DNA from: Camelus ferus | Taxonomy: Eukaryota | Direction of reading: 5' to 3' | DNA: 64,000 nucleotides | NCBI RefSeq assembly: GCF_009834535.1 | Contig: NC_045697.1 | Coordinates: 41,728,001-41,792,000, forward strand | In this document: piece by piece, positions 51,338-64,000 of the stretch | Layout: the number at the start of each line of letters is the position of its first letter | How positions within the stretch are numbered: position 1 is the first letter of the stretch | Position numbers and translations under genes: made by a program | The notes under the pieces: model-generated | What the model was told of the DNA's origin: nothing | Seen by the model: only the letters and a program-made list of their open reading frames with translations | Database searches by the model: none

Positions 51338-53826
51338 GTGAGTGACTCTTTTTCTCCACGTTGGTTAGCAACGTTATCATGTCGCCATGTTGTGTCTGAC
51401 GCTGAAATACCCTTTGCTACTCTTGTCTATAGATTTTCTAGTAAACAGGTAGTTTTGTTAACTACACTTCAAAAACTAAAAGATGAGGAAATGTTTACAC
51501 AACATGAAATTAATAAAAATATCTTTCTGATTAAATTTCTGATTATAAAAGTAATGGATGCTTACTGAATTTATAGTATTAAAAAGAGGAGAATATCACC
51601 CATTATTTCACAAAATTAATATTTATCTTTGGCTATATTTTCTTCAGTCTCTATGTATTGATGCATTTTATACAAAACAAATACATTTTTCATGTTTAGG
51701 ATCATATTTTATATGAAGTTGCATAATACTTCATTGTCAGCTTATAGTTATCAAGAAACAATTGCTTATAGGGCACATCTCTTCTTATAGGTACCCTAAA
51801 ATATATTAAGCATCCTCCCATTCTCACATAGTAGCAGGGATCTGCTAAAAGAACCAAATTTTAAATACCTCTAATCAAAAGAATTTTTAATATATAAACT
51901 TTGCTATCAACATCACCTGACATATTTAAGCCATATATAAATATAAAGAAAAAGGATCATTGAAATTTATCAGTAATTTATCAATGTCACATGAAGTTCC
52001 TCATAGAGGATGTTGCTTACCCCATAATGTGGTAGTTTATTATACAGCGCTCACAGACAAACTGATTTTCGAATTTTGGAACAAAAAACTGCATTTCTCC
52101 TAGGTAAACCATTGTTTATGTCTTGCAGACAGGTCTGAATTATAGAACTACTAATCTTTTTTCTTTTTACTTTTCAAAATATAGAATAAGAAATGGGGCT
52201 CTCCAACCAAAACTGTATCTACATTTTTAAATTTGTTCTTTGACCCTAGTTTTGAATTCATTTCTTTACCTCCACATTTAATTTTTCTCTCTCAGAGGTA
52301 ATTTATGAATCTTTATAAACTGTCTGTAATACTTTTTGTAAAAAGGTGGTATTTTTATCAATTAATTTATCTTGTCTTATTTTTCAATTTATCATTATAT
52401 AATTAGTTTTTCCAAAATTTTAATAACTATATAAGGTTTTATCATATTAACCACAATCTACTGCTAGAGATAATAGATTGGTGTTCATTTTAACTATTAC
52501 AAAAATTCTTATAAGTAACTTTGCACTTCAGTTTTTTCCATATATCTGATTTTTTTAGGGCTAGACTTTCCTGCTTAAAGGGAAATTTCTTTAGAGAGAA
52601 CTATGATGATGTTCTCTAACCATCAGGGTGCCTACCTCAACACACCTTGCTAGCATTGAGTAGTATCATTGTTCAGGATTTTGTTAATGTGACCAGAAAA
52701 GGGCATCGAATGAGTTAACATCAATTTTTTGGATTATAAACACAAGCCCATAATCTCAATGATGCTTCTTTTATCTCATATCATGTACTCAAGAGTCTTC
52801 TAGTCTATCTGTTCTGTAGATCTGTATCTATCCATGTCATAACTCTATGCTTTCAAAAAGAAATACTACTTAGTAGGCAATTTTTAATTTTCAAGTATCA
52901 AAAATATTCTTATCCACAAAGTCTAATACTGAGAATCTCTCCTAAGAAAGTAATCCAAAACTAGAAAATATTTATATGAATGTATACCCACTACAACATT
53001 ATTTATAATAGTGAAAACGCCACAACATAAATGTCCAGCATTACTGAAGCAGTTCTGAACAATATACCTGTAGAGTAAAATATAGTTATTAAAAATTATG
53101 CTTATGGAGGTTGCCAATGATCAGATGTCAAATTAGAATATGTTGAAATAAAAGCATATTTTTCAACTATTGATATGAAAAAACTCTGCTACAAATGTTG
53201 AATTAATACTATCAGGATAAAAGGCTTTTTTTCTACTGAATTAAAAAAACTGAAGAGAAGGAGGTAACTCACCAAATATTATCAGCGTTCCACTGAATTA
53301 GTGGAGTTATGGATGCTTTGAGCATTCTTTCTCTGGAACTTCCATGATTTCCTGAATTTTACCATGCTATATTCCTCTCTTTGTTTCCTCCCAAATCTAT
53401 TCTAAATTCAGGTGGAGATATATATTTTAAAATATAATGCTTTTAATTACATTGCCAATATAACAATCTCTGTTATCAATACTTTTAATATCCCTTAGCT
53501 GAAAGGATTCAAAAAACATCAAACAAAAGAAGACTCTTGTTTTAAAAATTCACTTTTCCAATGCAAAAGTTTAACACAGGTTTAATTTAGGACCAAAGGA
53601 AAAGATTAAATAATAATTTGGCGGGGTATGGCAGAAAAAGATACCTAAAGTATCAAGTTCTTGATTCTGTAGCTTAATAAAACCAATCCATCTTTGTGAG
53701 GCCATATGATGCATCTTCTAAACTGTTATGGCATCAATTAAGGTTATGCCATCTCAGCTCACTACAACCTTTCAGCTGAGTTTGAGTGTCTCACTGAAGG
53801 ATGGTTAGTACAACCTTGAATCCTAC

Positions 53827-54034
53827 CTGTCAAATGACGGCTTCTCTCCACAGTCGAAGGCATCCTGCAACTCCTTGACAAGGTTAGCCTGGCCTGGCAG
53901 TCGGAAGAGGCCCTCTTCCTTCAGCCCCCTTTGTCGGATAAAGTCCACACACTGCTCCACCAACATGGGAGCCAGGCGGTTCCCATATCTTTTCTCATAA
54001 CGGACAGTATCTTCCAGTTTCTGTCCAAAAATGC
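53827..54034 (-). CDS. ARHGAP24: ARHGAP24 internal coding exon (208 nt, likely equivalent of human exon 5); start of RhoGAP domain with arginine finger
   Basis: Not in the ORF track; read by hand. Acceptor ctccag|GC, donor AG|gtagga. Translates (G)[68 protein letters not shown](S). The GLFRLPG arginine-finger codon is at 53901-53903. Phase 1 in, phase 2 out. Confidence 0.97.
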
Positions 54035-54639
54035 CTGGAGAAATAAAAGATCACGATGAATTTGAGAAATTCATTTCTTTCCACTTTGTTGCTTTCTTTT
54101 AAAACTTGAAAAAAAAGCAAAGGTTGGAATGCTAGCAAGTATTTTACAGTTGGTACTTCATGTTATTAAATAACTAAATTCATTATCTACAATTTCTTCA
54201 AATGATGCCCTTCCCCTCATATTCCATATTTAGCCCAAAACTGAAATGGAAATAAGGAGTTTGAGACGTCCACTTTGAAAGAAGAAATGTTGCAATAAAT
54301 ATAATTTCACTTTAGGATTTTCTCTGATTTTTTTTCCCTTTTGGGAAAGAAACTGTATTCAAAAACTTAAAAGCAAAAATACTCTGTAGATAACAGTTAA
54401 ATTCCACTTTTGCTACAAATGTAACTTTACGTCCAATTTTCATTTAGCTTAAATATTGTTTATTTTTCTTTTCACCTTCTGTTTTCAATCAAGTGATGAT
54501 GCCATGATTATAATCAAGGTGAAAAAACCATGAAAAGAAATGCAGAATTTTCATCCATATAAAATGTTTCAGATACTGTTTGCTCCTTCAAATCTTAAAC
54601 TATTAATTTATTTGAAAGGGAAAGATTCGAATTACGAAG

Positions 54640-54921
54640 CAGTGCATATCAAAAGTGAGGTCGGGCCACGGTTGTTTGCCCTGGCAGGTAGGTATATTTG
54701 ACTACACATTGTCTAGAATTACCAGCATGTGGTGGTAATAAAAATCAAAACAATTTTGATCGACACTACATTGTAAAATTATCATAAATCAATAACAAAT
54801 GTTAAAGAAACCAATTTTGATCAGTTCTATTAATAATTTTTAAATACCTACAATTGATGCATTTCTCGGTGCATGCATCTGGGAGCTGAACATTCCTACC
54901 AGTCACCTTGGGACCCCCTTG
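54640..54921. mobile_element. MER96B-like hAT-Tip100 DNA transposon
   Basis: Degenerate terminal inverted repeats (cagtgcatatcaaaag... / ...ccttgggacccccttg) and internal acattgtctagaattaccagcatgtggtggtaataaaaa, resembling the recalled MER96B consensus. Confidence 0.5.
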
Positions 54922-55549
54922 ATTAAAAAGCAATGTCTCTGAAATATATTAACATCAGCTGATAGCTTGGAAAAATAATCAACTGATTAGAAAAGAGGGG
55001 AGAAAGAGCCAAAGCAAATATGATTCTAATGTTCCCAGATGGGATGAATATTACTAAAAGGTTTTAATGGTCTAATGAGTTTCATAAAAGGGGAAAAAAT
55101 TAGTGTTGCATGTTGAAACTATGTAAGACTCCAGTGTTTGAGGAATTATTTCAAAATCATTAGGTTCAGAATTTAACAATAAGAAATATGCTTTTCCTTT
55201 CTATCTGTAAAATAATTTATGTATGGATCAGTAGTGCAAAACTATCACATTCCAAGCAATGAACACTGGCTACCAGAGAGAATATTCTTAGCCTAGCTAG
55301 AAACAATAGCACAGCAGGCAACCAAACTATTCTACACCCGGTACCAAACCTAGCACTAATGGAATACATATGTTCCTTTTAGGGAAAAAAGTTGAGTGAT
55401 CTAATACTAATATTCAAGTGCATATAAAACAAAATTAGAAATTAGCTTAGTCTGTAGACTTTGGAATAAGCAGTTTGTTGATAATGGTGTGTTAAATGTT
55501 GTCCCCTAACTCGGCAGACATTCACGCCCCTATTTTCTATTGTCATTTT

Positions 55550-55910
55550 CATTTTAGAGGCTAGGGAATTAAAGACTTCTCTCACTTCCCAAGAGTCTTC
55601 TGGAGTCTCTAGGAAGACTTGTTTTTCTTGATGAAAGAGAAAGACATAGCTGGAATTGCCAATCACTCCTTTTTCTCATCTTGAACTTGGACATGCTACC
55701 TGTTGGACTAAGAGACATCTTTTGACCACTAGGCAACAACCACAAGGAAAAGACGGAAAGATTCGCAGAGACAATGGGGCTGAGATCATCAAACCACTGA
55801 CCCAATACCAACAGCACCTTCTTCCAGATTTTTTTTTTTAATGTGAGAAAAACAAGCTCCTGTCTATTTAAGCCACTCTATGCTGGGTTTCCCGTTACTT
55901 GCCGCAATGC
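55550..55910 (+). mobile_element. Old MaLR LTR fragment (MLT1J/K/L-like)
   Basis: Ends tgtgagaaaaacaagctcctgtctatttaagccact...gggtttcccgttacttgc, typical of an MLT1 3' end. Confidence 0.55.
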
Positions 55911-56519
55911 TGAATTCTGTATAAAGTGGTGATAATGATTTTGAAGCTCTTCTCATGTTTTAATAACAAAGCTTGAAAATTGATTCTGAATAAGGAATAC
56001 TGACTCTTTTTCTGTGGAGTTCTTTGATGCTTATTTGCTTGGGATGTTTGGATTCTATCCTGACAAAATTAGGAGATAGCCTTTCACAGGCATTTATAGA
56101 TTATCATTAAAAAATAATTTTAACATTTGAGAATAAATCTTATATATCTGTGATTTTTCACTTATTGTTTTGGATTGATATATTACAGAAGGTTTTTCCC
56201 TAAATCCAGCAGAAAACCTACCAAGATGCTCCAGTTCAACCTCTATGTGCACTATAAATGAGAACCAAACTTCCAAGATTTGATTTTATGCAGTAACAAA
56301 AAACAGTCAAACATTCTTTTCTTAGCTCAAGATTTCTTTTTTCTCAACAACTCAGGGAGGTGATAAAGGAAGCAGTAAATTTTTCTATAGATGGGCATTC
56401 TGGTTTTTTTCTTTTTTTCTTTTTTCCTTGTACATGAAGTCTTGACTATATGATAAGAATTTTCTTAAGAAGTATAGCAAGAAACTAAAAGCCATAAGTC
56501 TTAACAGCCTTTCAAGTAT

Positions 56520-57080
56520 TAGGTACCTATTATGTACTAAGTCTTTGACATATATTTTCTCACTTTCATAATAAATATGTAAGGTAGCTATTTTATACCT
56601 GAGGAAATTGGGCTCAGAGAGGTTAAATAAATCACCTAAGGTTCGTTACACAGCACCAAGTGGCAGAATGGAAGTCCATATTCCAGATTTAGTCAGCCTT
56701 AAAACCTTGGCTCATTCCTGAATACCTGTCCTCTTCAGTTTTATTTAATCACAAGTATCATGTGTCCCCATCTTCTAGTAATTTACAGTATTAGTAAATT
56801 CTCAAAGTGAAGAAAATAGCATATCTTTTCTGTGCTCTAAAAAAATGATAATAGCTAAGCTGTATTTCTGTGTGCCAGGCATGGGTACAAGCAGTTTATC
56901 TGTATTTCTATCATTTAAAATTCACAGCATTCTATGAGATAGGCATCACCATTTTACTAAGGAGACTGAAGCATAGAATGGTTAAGCAACTTGCTGAATG
57001 TTACACGGCTGGTAAATGGGGCAGCCAGGATTTGATCAAGCCTGTTAAATTTCAGAGTTATTGTGTGTCTATTACACAAT
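56520..57080 (-). mobile_element. Two MIR SINEs
   Basis: tgaggaaattgggctcagagaggttaaataa (~56600-56630) and ggagactgaagcatagaatggttaagcaacttgc (~56960-56995). Confidence 0.7.
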
Positions 57081-59159
57081 ACTGCATAGTGCGCATAACA
57101 GCTGGAAATTTAAGTTACAGAGGAAGAAACCTGCCTCTTACTAGCTTTCTGACCTCAATTCCTGTCATCACACGAGGAGGGGTGATTTCTGTTGGGAAAA
57201 TGCACATCTGGGGGAAAGTCAGGAAAAAAAGAAGGAAAAAACTGAACATTTATTTAGCTTTCTGCCCAACGAAATAATTTCCTTTACATAAAGAGCCATG
57301 CCTATTTAGCAATATAATATGTAAAAGAGTTAAAGCATGTAGACAATATGTAAGTATGCTAGAAATTCATGCTGCAAAATAGTAGCTTTCTGCTGTTTAC
57401 CTGGTCTCATAAAGGATTAGATAATGATTAGATGTACACTTGCCATTTTGTAGCATTGGAAATAGGGTGTCCCGAAAATCTTTGATTTACAAAGGTAGAT
57501 GGTGAGTTAACTTCCTGTATGATAATATTTTTTTTGTATGTGGAAAGTTAGGGGGAAATCCTTTTTTTAAAGCTGCTTCATTTAGAATTTTCCTTGAGGG
57601 AGCAGTGAAACTTCAAATTTTAAAATTAACAAAATAAGCATAAAGGTCATGAGCTATCCCCAGCTAGCAGCATGGAGAAAAGGGCACATTGATTAGTAAA
57701 TTATTAACAAGACTCTATGGTATGAGTCATGCAAACAGTTCCAGTTATGTTCATCTAAATTCCCAGGAAGGTTTCACACTCCCTGACAAAACCATCTTTG
57801 GAATTTCTGGGTGACAATGGTACGTTATGCCTACTTCCCCCGGAGGTACACTGATGGTGTCATAAAGTGTCAGCCAGGACACGACTTTTCACTGGACTGA
57901 GCAAGTAAATCACACAGGTGGATTTTATTATATCTGTGGGAGGTTGTTTCAGCTGCAAGGAGAGAGAGGGAGAAAGAGAGGGGAAAAAAAAGAAAATCTA
58001 ACTATCTTTAGGATTTGGGAGGTTCCTCCTTTACGTGTGATTTATACTCTTAATAGCTAGAAGCAGCCTATGATGTTATTGAGTGTGACCAGATAAATAT
58101 ATTCAAATCCTACCCATCTCCAAAAATAAACAACTACAAAGCCAAACATTTGGACTCTCTGTGACTTTAATTATTCACTTTGCACCTTGATTTCCAACCA
58201 AGGACAACTCTGGCTCCGTTTCATCACTTTCTGTCTCCTTGCCAATCTGTTACAATGTGACCCCTGACATTTTCATTCCATTAAAAGAGCTTTTTCCTAT
58301 AATTACCAATAACTACCTTGTTGTCAAGTCACTGACAGTAAACTTTACTTTTTATATTACTTTATGGCTCACTCCCTTTAACACTATCGGTCTCATTCTT
58401 CCTGACACTTCTCTCATGTTACATAATTCTTGCCTTCCAGAATACCCTTCTCAGTCTCCTTCTTGACTATGGAAACTACTACACCCTTCACATAAGTTTG
58501 CTGGTCCTCTGGATTCTGTCCTCAGTCCTATTTTTACCTCTGCTTGACACAATTTCTTTGTTGGACTCCAATTAATTTCACAGTATAACAATTATTCCCG
58601 GATTTGTATCTCAATCTGGGCCTCTCTTATGATCTCTTGCATTGGAGTTTTGAGTGCCCCTTAGACCCCTCAACATGAATACTCAGACTCATACTCAGAC
58701 TCAAAATTTCTAGAACTGTGTAAATAATTTGTCTTCAAAACCTATTGTACTTCCTATAATTCTGATTTTGGTTACCAGCACCAGTTATCCCCACAAAAAC
58801 ATTAAGTGCCGTCTAAGAGTCAACCTAGATTGCTCCTTCCTTCACAACCGTCATTTAATCACCACGTTGGTCCCTATTTTCCTTCCGGACTCATTGCCAC
58901 TACATTAGACTAGATCCTCAATATTTTTTAACAGACTGTTACAGAGCAGAGTTCCCAGTTGAGGCAAGTTTTCCCATAGTGATCTTCAAATATTTATTTT
59001 ACTTTATTTTATTTTAAGAATTTATTTATTGATATTGTTAAATATATACGACAGTATGAGAAATAATTTAAAACAATAGGAAGGAAAACCCTATAGCTGC
59101 ACTTCCGTAAATACTCTTAGCATTATGTTATAGTTCCTACCAGTCTTTTTAATGTCTGT

Positions 59160-59277
59160 TTTTAAATTTTTAAATTTTTTTCTTAATTAATTAATTAAAA
59201 AATTTTTATTTTATTGAGTTATAGTCAATTTACAATGTTGTGTCAATTTCCAGTGTAGAACACAATTTTTCAGTAAT
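59160..59277 (-). mobile_element. Young L1 3'-end fragment with A-rich tail
   Basis: tttattgagttatagtcaatttacaatgttgtgtcaatttccagtgtagaacacaatttttcagt; same family as ~1403-1480 and 22798-23167. Confidence 0.85.
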
Positions 59278-59514
59278 AATATTTAAATCAGATCATGCCA
59301 CTCCCTTATTTCATTTTTTCCAATGGTGCCCACTGGCCAACTCCATTCTATGAACTACAAAGTCTCCACAATCTGATCTCCGCCTCTTTATCCATCATGC
59401 AATCAACAGATGTTTAGGGAGCACCCATTGTGTGCCAGGCACCGTGCCACATCCACCCTCATTACTGTGCTTCCTCACAGACAACATGCTCTCTAACTAT
59501 ACTGAACTGTGTGT

Positions 59515-59622
59515 GGGGAGGGTATAGCTCAGTGGTAGGACGCATGCTTAGCATGCACAAGGTCCTGGGTTCAATCCCCAGTAACTCCATTACAAAAATA
59601 AATAAATAAATCTGATTCCCCC
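59515..59622 (+). mobile_element. Young tRNA-derived SINE (camelid vic-1-like) with 13-bp TSD
   Basis: ggggagggtatagctcagtggtagg...ggtcctgggttcaatccccagtaactccatt; TSD ctgaactgtgtgt at 59502-59514 and 59623-59635. Confidence 0.9.
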
Positions 59623-60113
59623 CTGAACTGTGTGTTGTTTCCTAAATGTACTATGATGTACCGTATCTTCAGGCATCCCAGAAGGTAGGTCCTACTGTCC
59701 TGAACGAGTTTAGGAAAACTTATGCTGCAGAATTTAACTCGTATCATCTCCTGTGTTAAGCCTTTACTAACAGTCCTTCACTACCCCCACCTCAGACACA
59801 AACTTGATATGTTCCTTCTTTGAATTCTTAACATATTGCTTTGTACTAATTTACTTAGATGCCTATCCGTAATGGACTAGTCCCCCACCAATCAAGAAAG
59901 GATTGTACTTTCACAATTATTATGATGAAATAGTCATTTTGCTTATCATTTACTATTATAAATAATATTGGATAACAGTTCATACTATTTGTTTATCCTA
60001 TAAACTTCAGAGAGGTTTAGGTAAATTTCCTAAGGAGCTACAGTCACAAGGACCAAACTGGGATTTGTGCCAGACGTGAAGGACTCCACAGCTCATACTC
60101 TGTCCTACCACAG

Positions 60114-60479
60114 TGCATGGTCTGAATGCCTGTGTCCCTTCCAAATTCCTGTGTGGAATATCTAATGTCTCTGGTGATGGTATTAGGAGGTGGCGACTTT
60201 TGAAAGGTAATGAGGTTATGAGTGCAGAGCCCTCACGAGTAGGATTATTACCCTTATAAAGGGGACCCTAGAGCCCTCTCTCACTCCTTCCCTTTCTGCC
60301 CCTTGAGAATATAACAATAAGTTGACAGTCTGCACCCCAGAAGAGGGCTCTCACCAGAACCCAGCCACACTGGTCTGATCTCAGACTTCCAGCCTTTGGA
60401 ACTGTGAGAAATTAATTTCTGTTGTTTAGAAGCCACAGTCTGTGGCATTTTGTTATAGCAGCCCAAATGGACTAAGACA
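60114..60479 (+). mobile_element. MLT1A0-type MaLR solo LTR
   Basis: tgcatggtctgaatg...gtgatggtattaggaggtgg...tcagacttccagcctttggaactgtgagaaa...ttttgttatagcagcccaaatggactaagaca. Confidence 0.88.
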
Positions 60480-60917
60480 CATAAGCAAAATCTCCTGCTC
60501 CCTGGAACTTCATACCAAAGAGGGTAAGGATTACGTGTTCCATAATGATTTGTGGAATTAATGAGTGCATTAAAACAAAATATTTCACCTCCTCAATTAT
60601 AGGAAATAAATGAATAATGCCAATGTGAAATGAAACACATCAATAGTTCTCAGGTTGTGGCATTGATTTCTATAAAAACCTGGAAAAAAACTGTCTTTGA
60701 TTTGTTGATGAAAAGGGCAGAGGTTAAACAACTTCTCAGTTGTTACCTAAATTCTCTACTATCAGTTATTTTTCAGAGTTTCCTGTCCCTTCCATCCTAT
60801 AGGTTACATGCTAAGCCATGTAGAGAATGTGTTTTTACTTATCCTTGTGCTTAATGCAACCCTGCTAGCAGAATAAATCTTGGTGTCGCCAGGATTGCAA
60901 TAATTTTCAATTAAAAT

Positions 60918-61308
60918 GTCATGCTAAGTAAAGTAAGCCAGAAAGAGAAAGAAAAATACCATATGATATCACTTATATGCAGAACCTAAAAAAAATGAGA
61001 CAAACAAACTTATTTACAAAACAGAAACAGATTCACAGACATAGAAAACAAACTTGTGGTTACCAGCAGGGAAGTGAGAGTGGAGAGGAAATTGAGACTT
61101 CAGGATTTGCAGATCCTGACTACTATATATAAAATAGATAAACAGTAAGGTCCTACTGTCCAGCACAGGGAACTATATTCAATACCTTATAGTAGCTTAT
61201 AATGAAAAATGAATATGAAAAGGATATATATATATATGAATCACTATGCTGTACACCAGAAATTGCCATAATATTGTAAACTGACTATATCTCAATTAAA
61301 AAAAATAA
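60918..61308 (+). mobile_element. Young 5'-truncated L1 3' end
   Basis: atgctaagtaaagtaagccagaaagagaaagaaaaataccatatgatatcacttatatg...cacagggaactatattcaatacc...ttgtaaactgactatatctcaattaaaaaaaa. Confidence 0.85.
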
Positions 61309-62559
61309 ACATTTACCCATGGTAAATAAACAAATCAAGATGGAAGTCATTCAGTTTGATAAAGAACTAAGAAACAGAGACAGCCAAAGCTTACTTCAGT
61401 CTGCCACCAACACTTTCTAAGTAGCCAACAAAACTTAGATGGGTAGAAAACTTTTGATTCAAGCAGCTCAGATTCTATAATAACCAATGAATATTTGGTG
61501 AAATCTTGACTCTCCTTGTAGTCAGAATGGGGAAGGAGGGAGAAACAGAAAAGCCTAACAAATTAAGAAAGTATAATAATGTGAAAATAGTGACCCAGTA
61601 GCATTGGTCTTAGAACAGCAGAGTAATTATACCCACTGTTTACCTCCAGGTACCAAGCCGCACAATTTACATGTATTTTCTTATTTGACATTCACAGATA
61701 TTCTGCAAGGACATCTCCCTTCTACAAACAGACGCAAAGATGTTAAGTGAGCTGGAGTTACACATCTAGAATGTGATAGATCTGGAATATAAACACAGGT
61801 CTGTATGATTCTAAAAGTCTTCCTTTTCTGCTATGTCATGTTAGTTCAATTCAGACATATTTTTTCCATTGGGATGCTGACCACTCTTTTAGGATCATAC
61901 AGGAGAAAATGTCTTTCCATCCAATGACTAAATCTGACTTCATGTAGTTTAGATGAATCAGTGCCTTTCCAGATGAGCCCATGGACAGTCTTTTATTCAT
62001 AAGCACCTTAGACTTCATACATAATTTGTTATAGTGCTTATTACAGATTAAGTAATTATTATTTATGTTTTTTATCCTCCAGGAGTCCGTAAACTAAAGG
62101 ATTCCAAGAAACCTGTTTTGTTTGCCTTCTCATCTCTAGAATCACTTGGTAGATGCTCTGTAAAATTTTAGATATAAATTAATAAGCTACTTATTTATAG
62201 AACTGTTTAAGAGTGTCTAGATTCGGATGGTAGCATTCTGTTCAACAGATTGATTTCCATAAATGTGATCACAACATACACAATACAAAATAACCTTTAA
62301 AGAAAATGCTGGTTTTATCCATCACAACAATAAAGATACTCTATTTTAATTCATTATTGCCTACAAGCTAGCAGAAAAAGAGAATAATACTGTACTTCAC
62401 CAGTTTGCAATAAATTTTGAATCCCAGATTGAATAGACCTATTGTAATTCTTATCTTTGAGAAGAAATAAACACACACACACACACGTATATATTTTATC
62501 ACAAATGTATATAAAAGCACTTGAAGATAGCTATGAAGATAAGGTGGCCAGGTGGCAGT

Positions 62560-63200
62560 ATATCAAAAACAGTGGCTATAGAGTGAAGAGGATAATGGGT
62601 GAGCAGAGGAGGACTGATGAAGAATTGAGAGCCAACAATGACTTGAAGAGAGTGTAAAGTGTGGACAGACAACAGAGGAGAGAAGGCATCATAGCAGAGG
62701 GGACACTGAATAGAAGCAAAGAGGGGGTACGGGGGATGAATTTGGGGAGAAAGAGTGGACCGGTCTGAGGAATTGGGAATCACTGGAGTTGGTTACAAGG
62801 CCTTGATAATTGCATGAAACAGGATTTCCTCTTGGGAGCAATAGGGACTCATATAAAATTTCTGAGCTGTGGAATGCTGCTTGACAGCACTGTTTCAGGA
62901 ATACCAATTGGATGATACTTTCCCAATGAACTGTGTGTAGGAGCTGGTGAAGAATGTTGGGGGTGGAAAGAGGTGAGGATGGATTCTGTCTTGACGAGCC
63001 ACTTCCAAGGTCAAAGTAAGTTGTGTGCATGAAGCAATAAATGCACAGACAACTAAGGTGATGGAAATAGAAATGGAGCTGAACGTATATAAAGAAGGAA
63101 GCAATGGGGCATGACCACTAAGTGGTTATAGTGTAGGGGGGGAAAAAAGCAGTGGAGAATTAATGATGACTTATCTCCAAGAAGTAGGCAACTCAGGGGA
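62560..63200 (-). mobile_element. Degraded L2-like fragment
   Basis: Purine-rich + strand with antisense L2-like motifs; boundaries uncertain. Confidence 0.4.
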
Positions 63201-63393
63201 AAAAAAAACCAAAACAAGATAAAGTTAGGGCTTAAAATTTTACTTTAGTTTGTCCAATGATCACAACAATCTTAAGCTAGGTAGCATATTCTGATTAGAG
63301 ATTAACATCAGGACCCAGAGTGTTATACATCCCCCGCCCAGGTAATCAAAGTACTGCTTATGCTCTGCATACTAGATGTTAGTCTACAGAAGT

Positions 63394-63455
<62 letters not shown>

Positions 63456-63484
63456 TTGTGTGTTTGTGTGTGTATATATATATA
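63394..63484. repeat. Compound A17-(TA)n-(TG)n-(TA)n microsatellite
   Basis: Poly(A) 63394-63410, TA to ~63429, TG with two interruptions to ~63473, TA to 63484. Confidence 0.95.
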
Positions 63485-64000
63485 GTTTCAAAATTAAAAG
63501 GGTATTAAAAAGCACATTATAACCTTCATCTCACCAGAACACAAATCCAAAGCACCACTATCCTGTTTGCTGCCTAATAGATGTTTCACGGTGCCTAGAT
63601 TTTAAAAACCACTGGGAAAGCCTGTTCAGCGACCTTTATTAGTACCTAAACAAAGAACTAGAGAGATGAAAAGGGCAGTAAAAGGACAGAAGAGGTCTGG
63701 AGGAGAAAGGAACGCTGAGGCTCGAGTTCCGGCTGGCACAGCGTGCAAGCTCCACCACCACCGGGCTTCTGGAAACTTTAACTCAGCTCCTCTCTTCATT
63801 TTGAGAGTCGTTCTGAAGTGGTGAGTCGCCTTTTCTGTCGGCCTACCCATGACAACAGTTAACAATATGTTTTAAATGAGGATCAGGAAAAGCAGACACC
63901 TCAGTATTTTTCACTTCTCGGCGGCGCTTTTCCATGATTCACTCACCCTCCCTTTTGCTTTCATTGAACCGACTCCGCTGATGGGGGTAGGAACTCAGAA

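Larger units (their letters stand above)
58140..59880 (+). mobile_element. Long L2 remnant hosting younger L1 and SINE insertions
   Basis: Pyrimidine-rich L2 sense motifs. The motif atagtgatcttc..|..aaatcagatcatgccactccc is split by the insertion at 58997-59277. Confidence 0.6.

Noticed and set aside
59515..59590. tRNA gene-like sequence with A and B boxes (also 18023, 27783, 32940)
   Set aside because: Diverged copies with A-rich tails and TSDs, i.e. tRNA-derived SINEs rather than functional tRNA genes.
1..64000. CRISPR arrays, prokaryotic operons, NUMTs, processed pseudogenes, intact L1 or ERV ORFs
   Set aside because: None seen. The DNA is mammalian intron/intergenic sequence and all transposon coding remnants are broken. 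A highly diverged pseudogene fragment could be missed without a database search.

Overview
Mammalian genomic DNA, probably camelid (alpaca/llama/camel), judged from recurrent young tRNA-derived SINEs and matching young L1 3' ends. The window holds the 3' half of ARHGAP24 (FilGAP, Rac-specific RhoGAP) on the minus strand. Six coding exons (53827-54034, 29339-29471, 26817-26890, 24363-24484, 15076-16153, 9938-10181) all have canonical AG acceptors, the five internal ones have GT donors, and their phases chain into one open frame: RhoGAP domain with intact arginine finger, Ser-rich linker, C-terminal coiled coil, TGA stop. A ~1.5 kb 3' UTR follows, with candidate proximal and distal poly(A) sites. 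The PH-domain exons lie beyond the right edge. The rest is intron or intergenic DNA rich in L1, L2, MIR, MaLR/ERVL LTRs, hAT DNA transposons and microsatellites; nearly all other listed ORFs are spurious. I see no convincing new gene system. The most unusual signals are: a 398-bp L1 5'-end/3'-end fusion that looks like a spliced retrocopy (46127-46524); a 5'-intact, 3'-truncated L1 bounded by a perfect 18-bp direct repeat; probable L1 3' transductions; a tailless SINE; a cryptic splice donor inside the 74-nt exon; and a stepwise (TAA)22(CAA)4(CAG)8 repeat. Repeat family names come from recalled consensus sequences, not a database search, and old-repeat boundaries are approximate.
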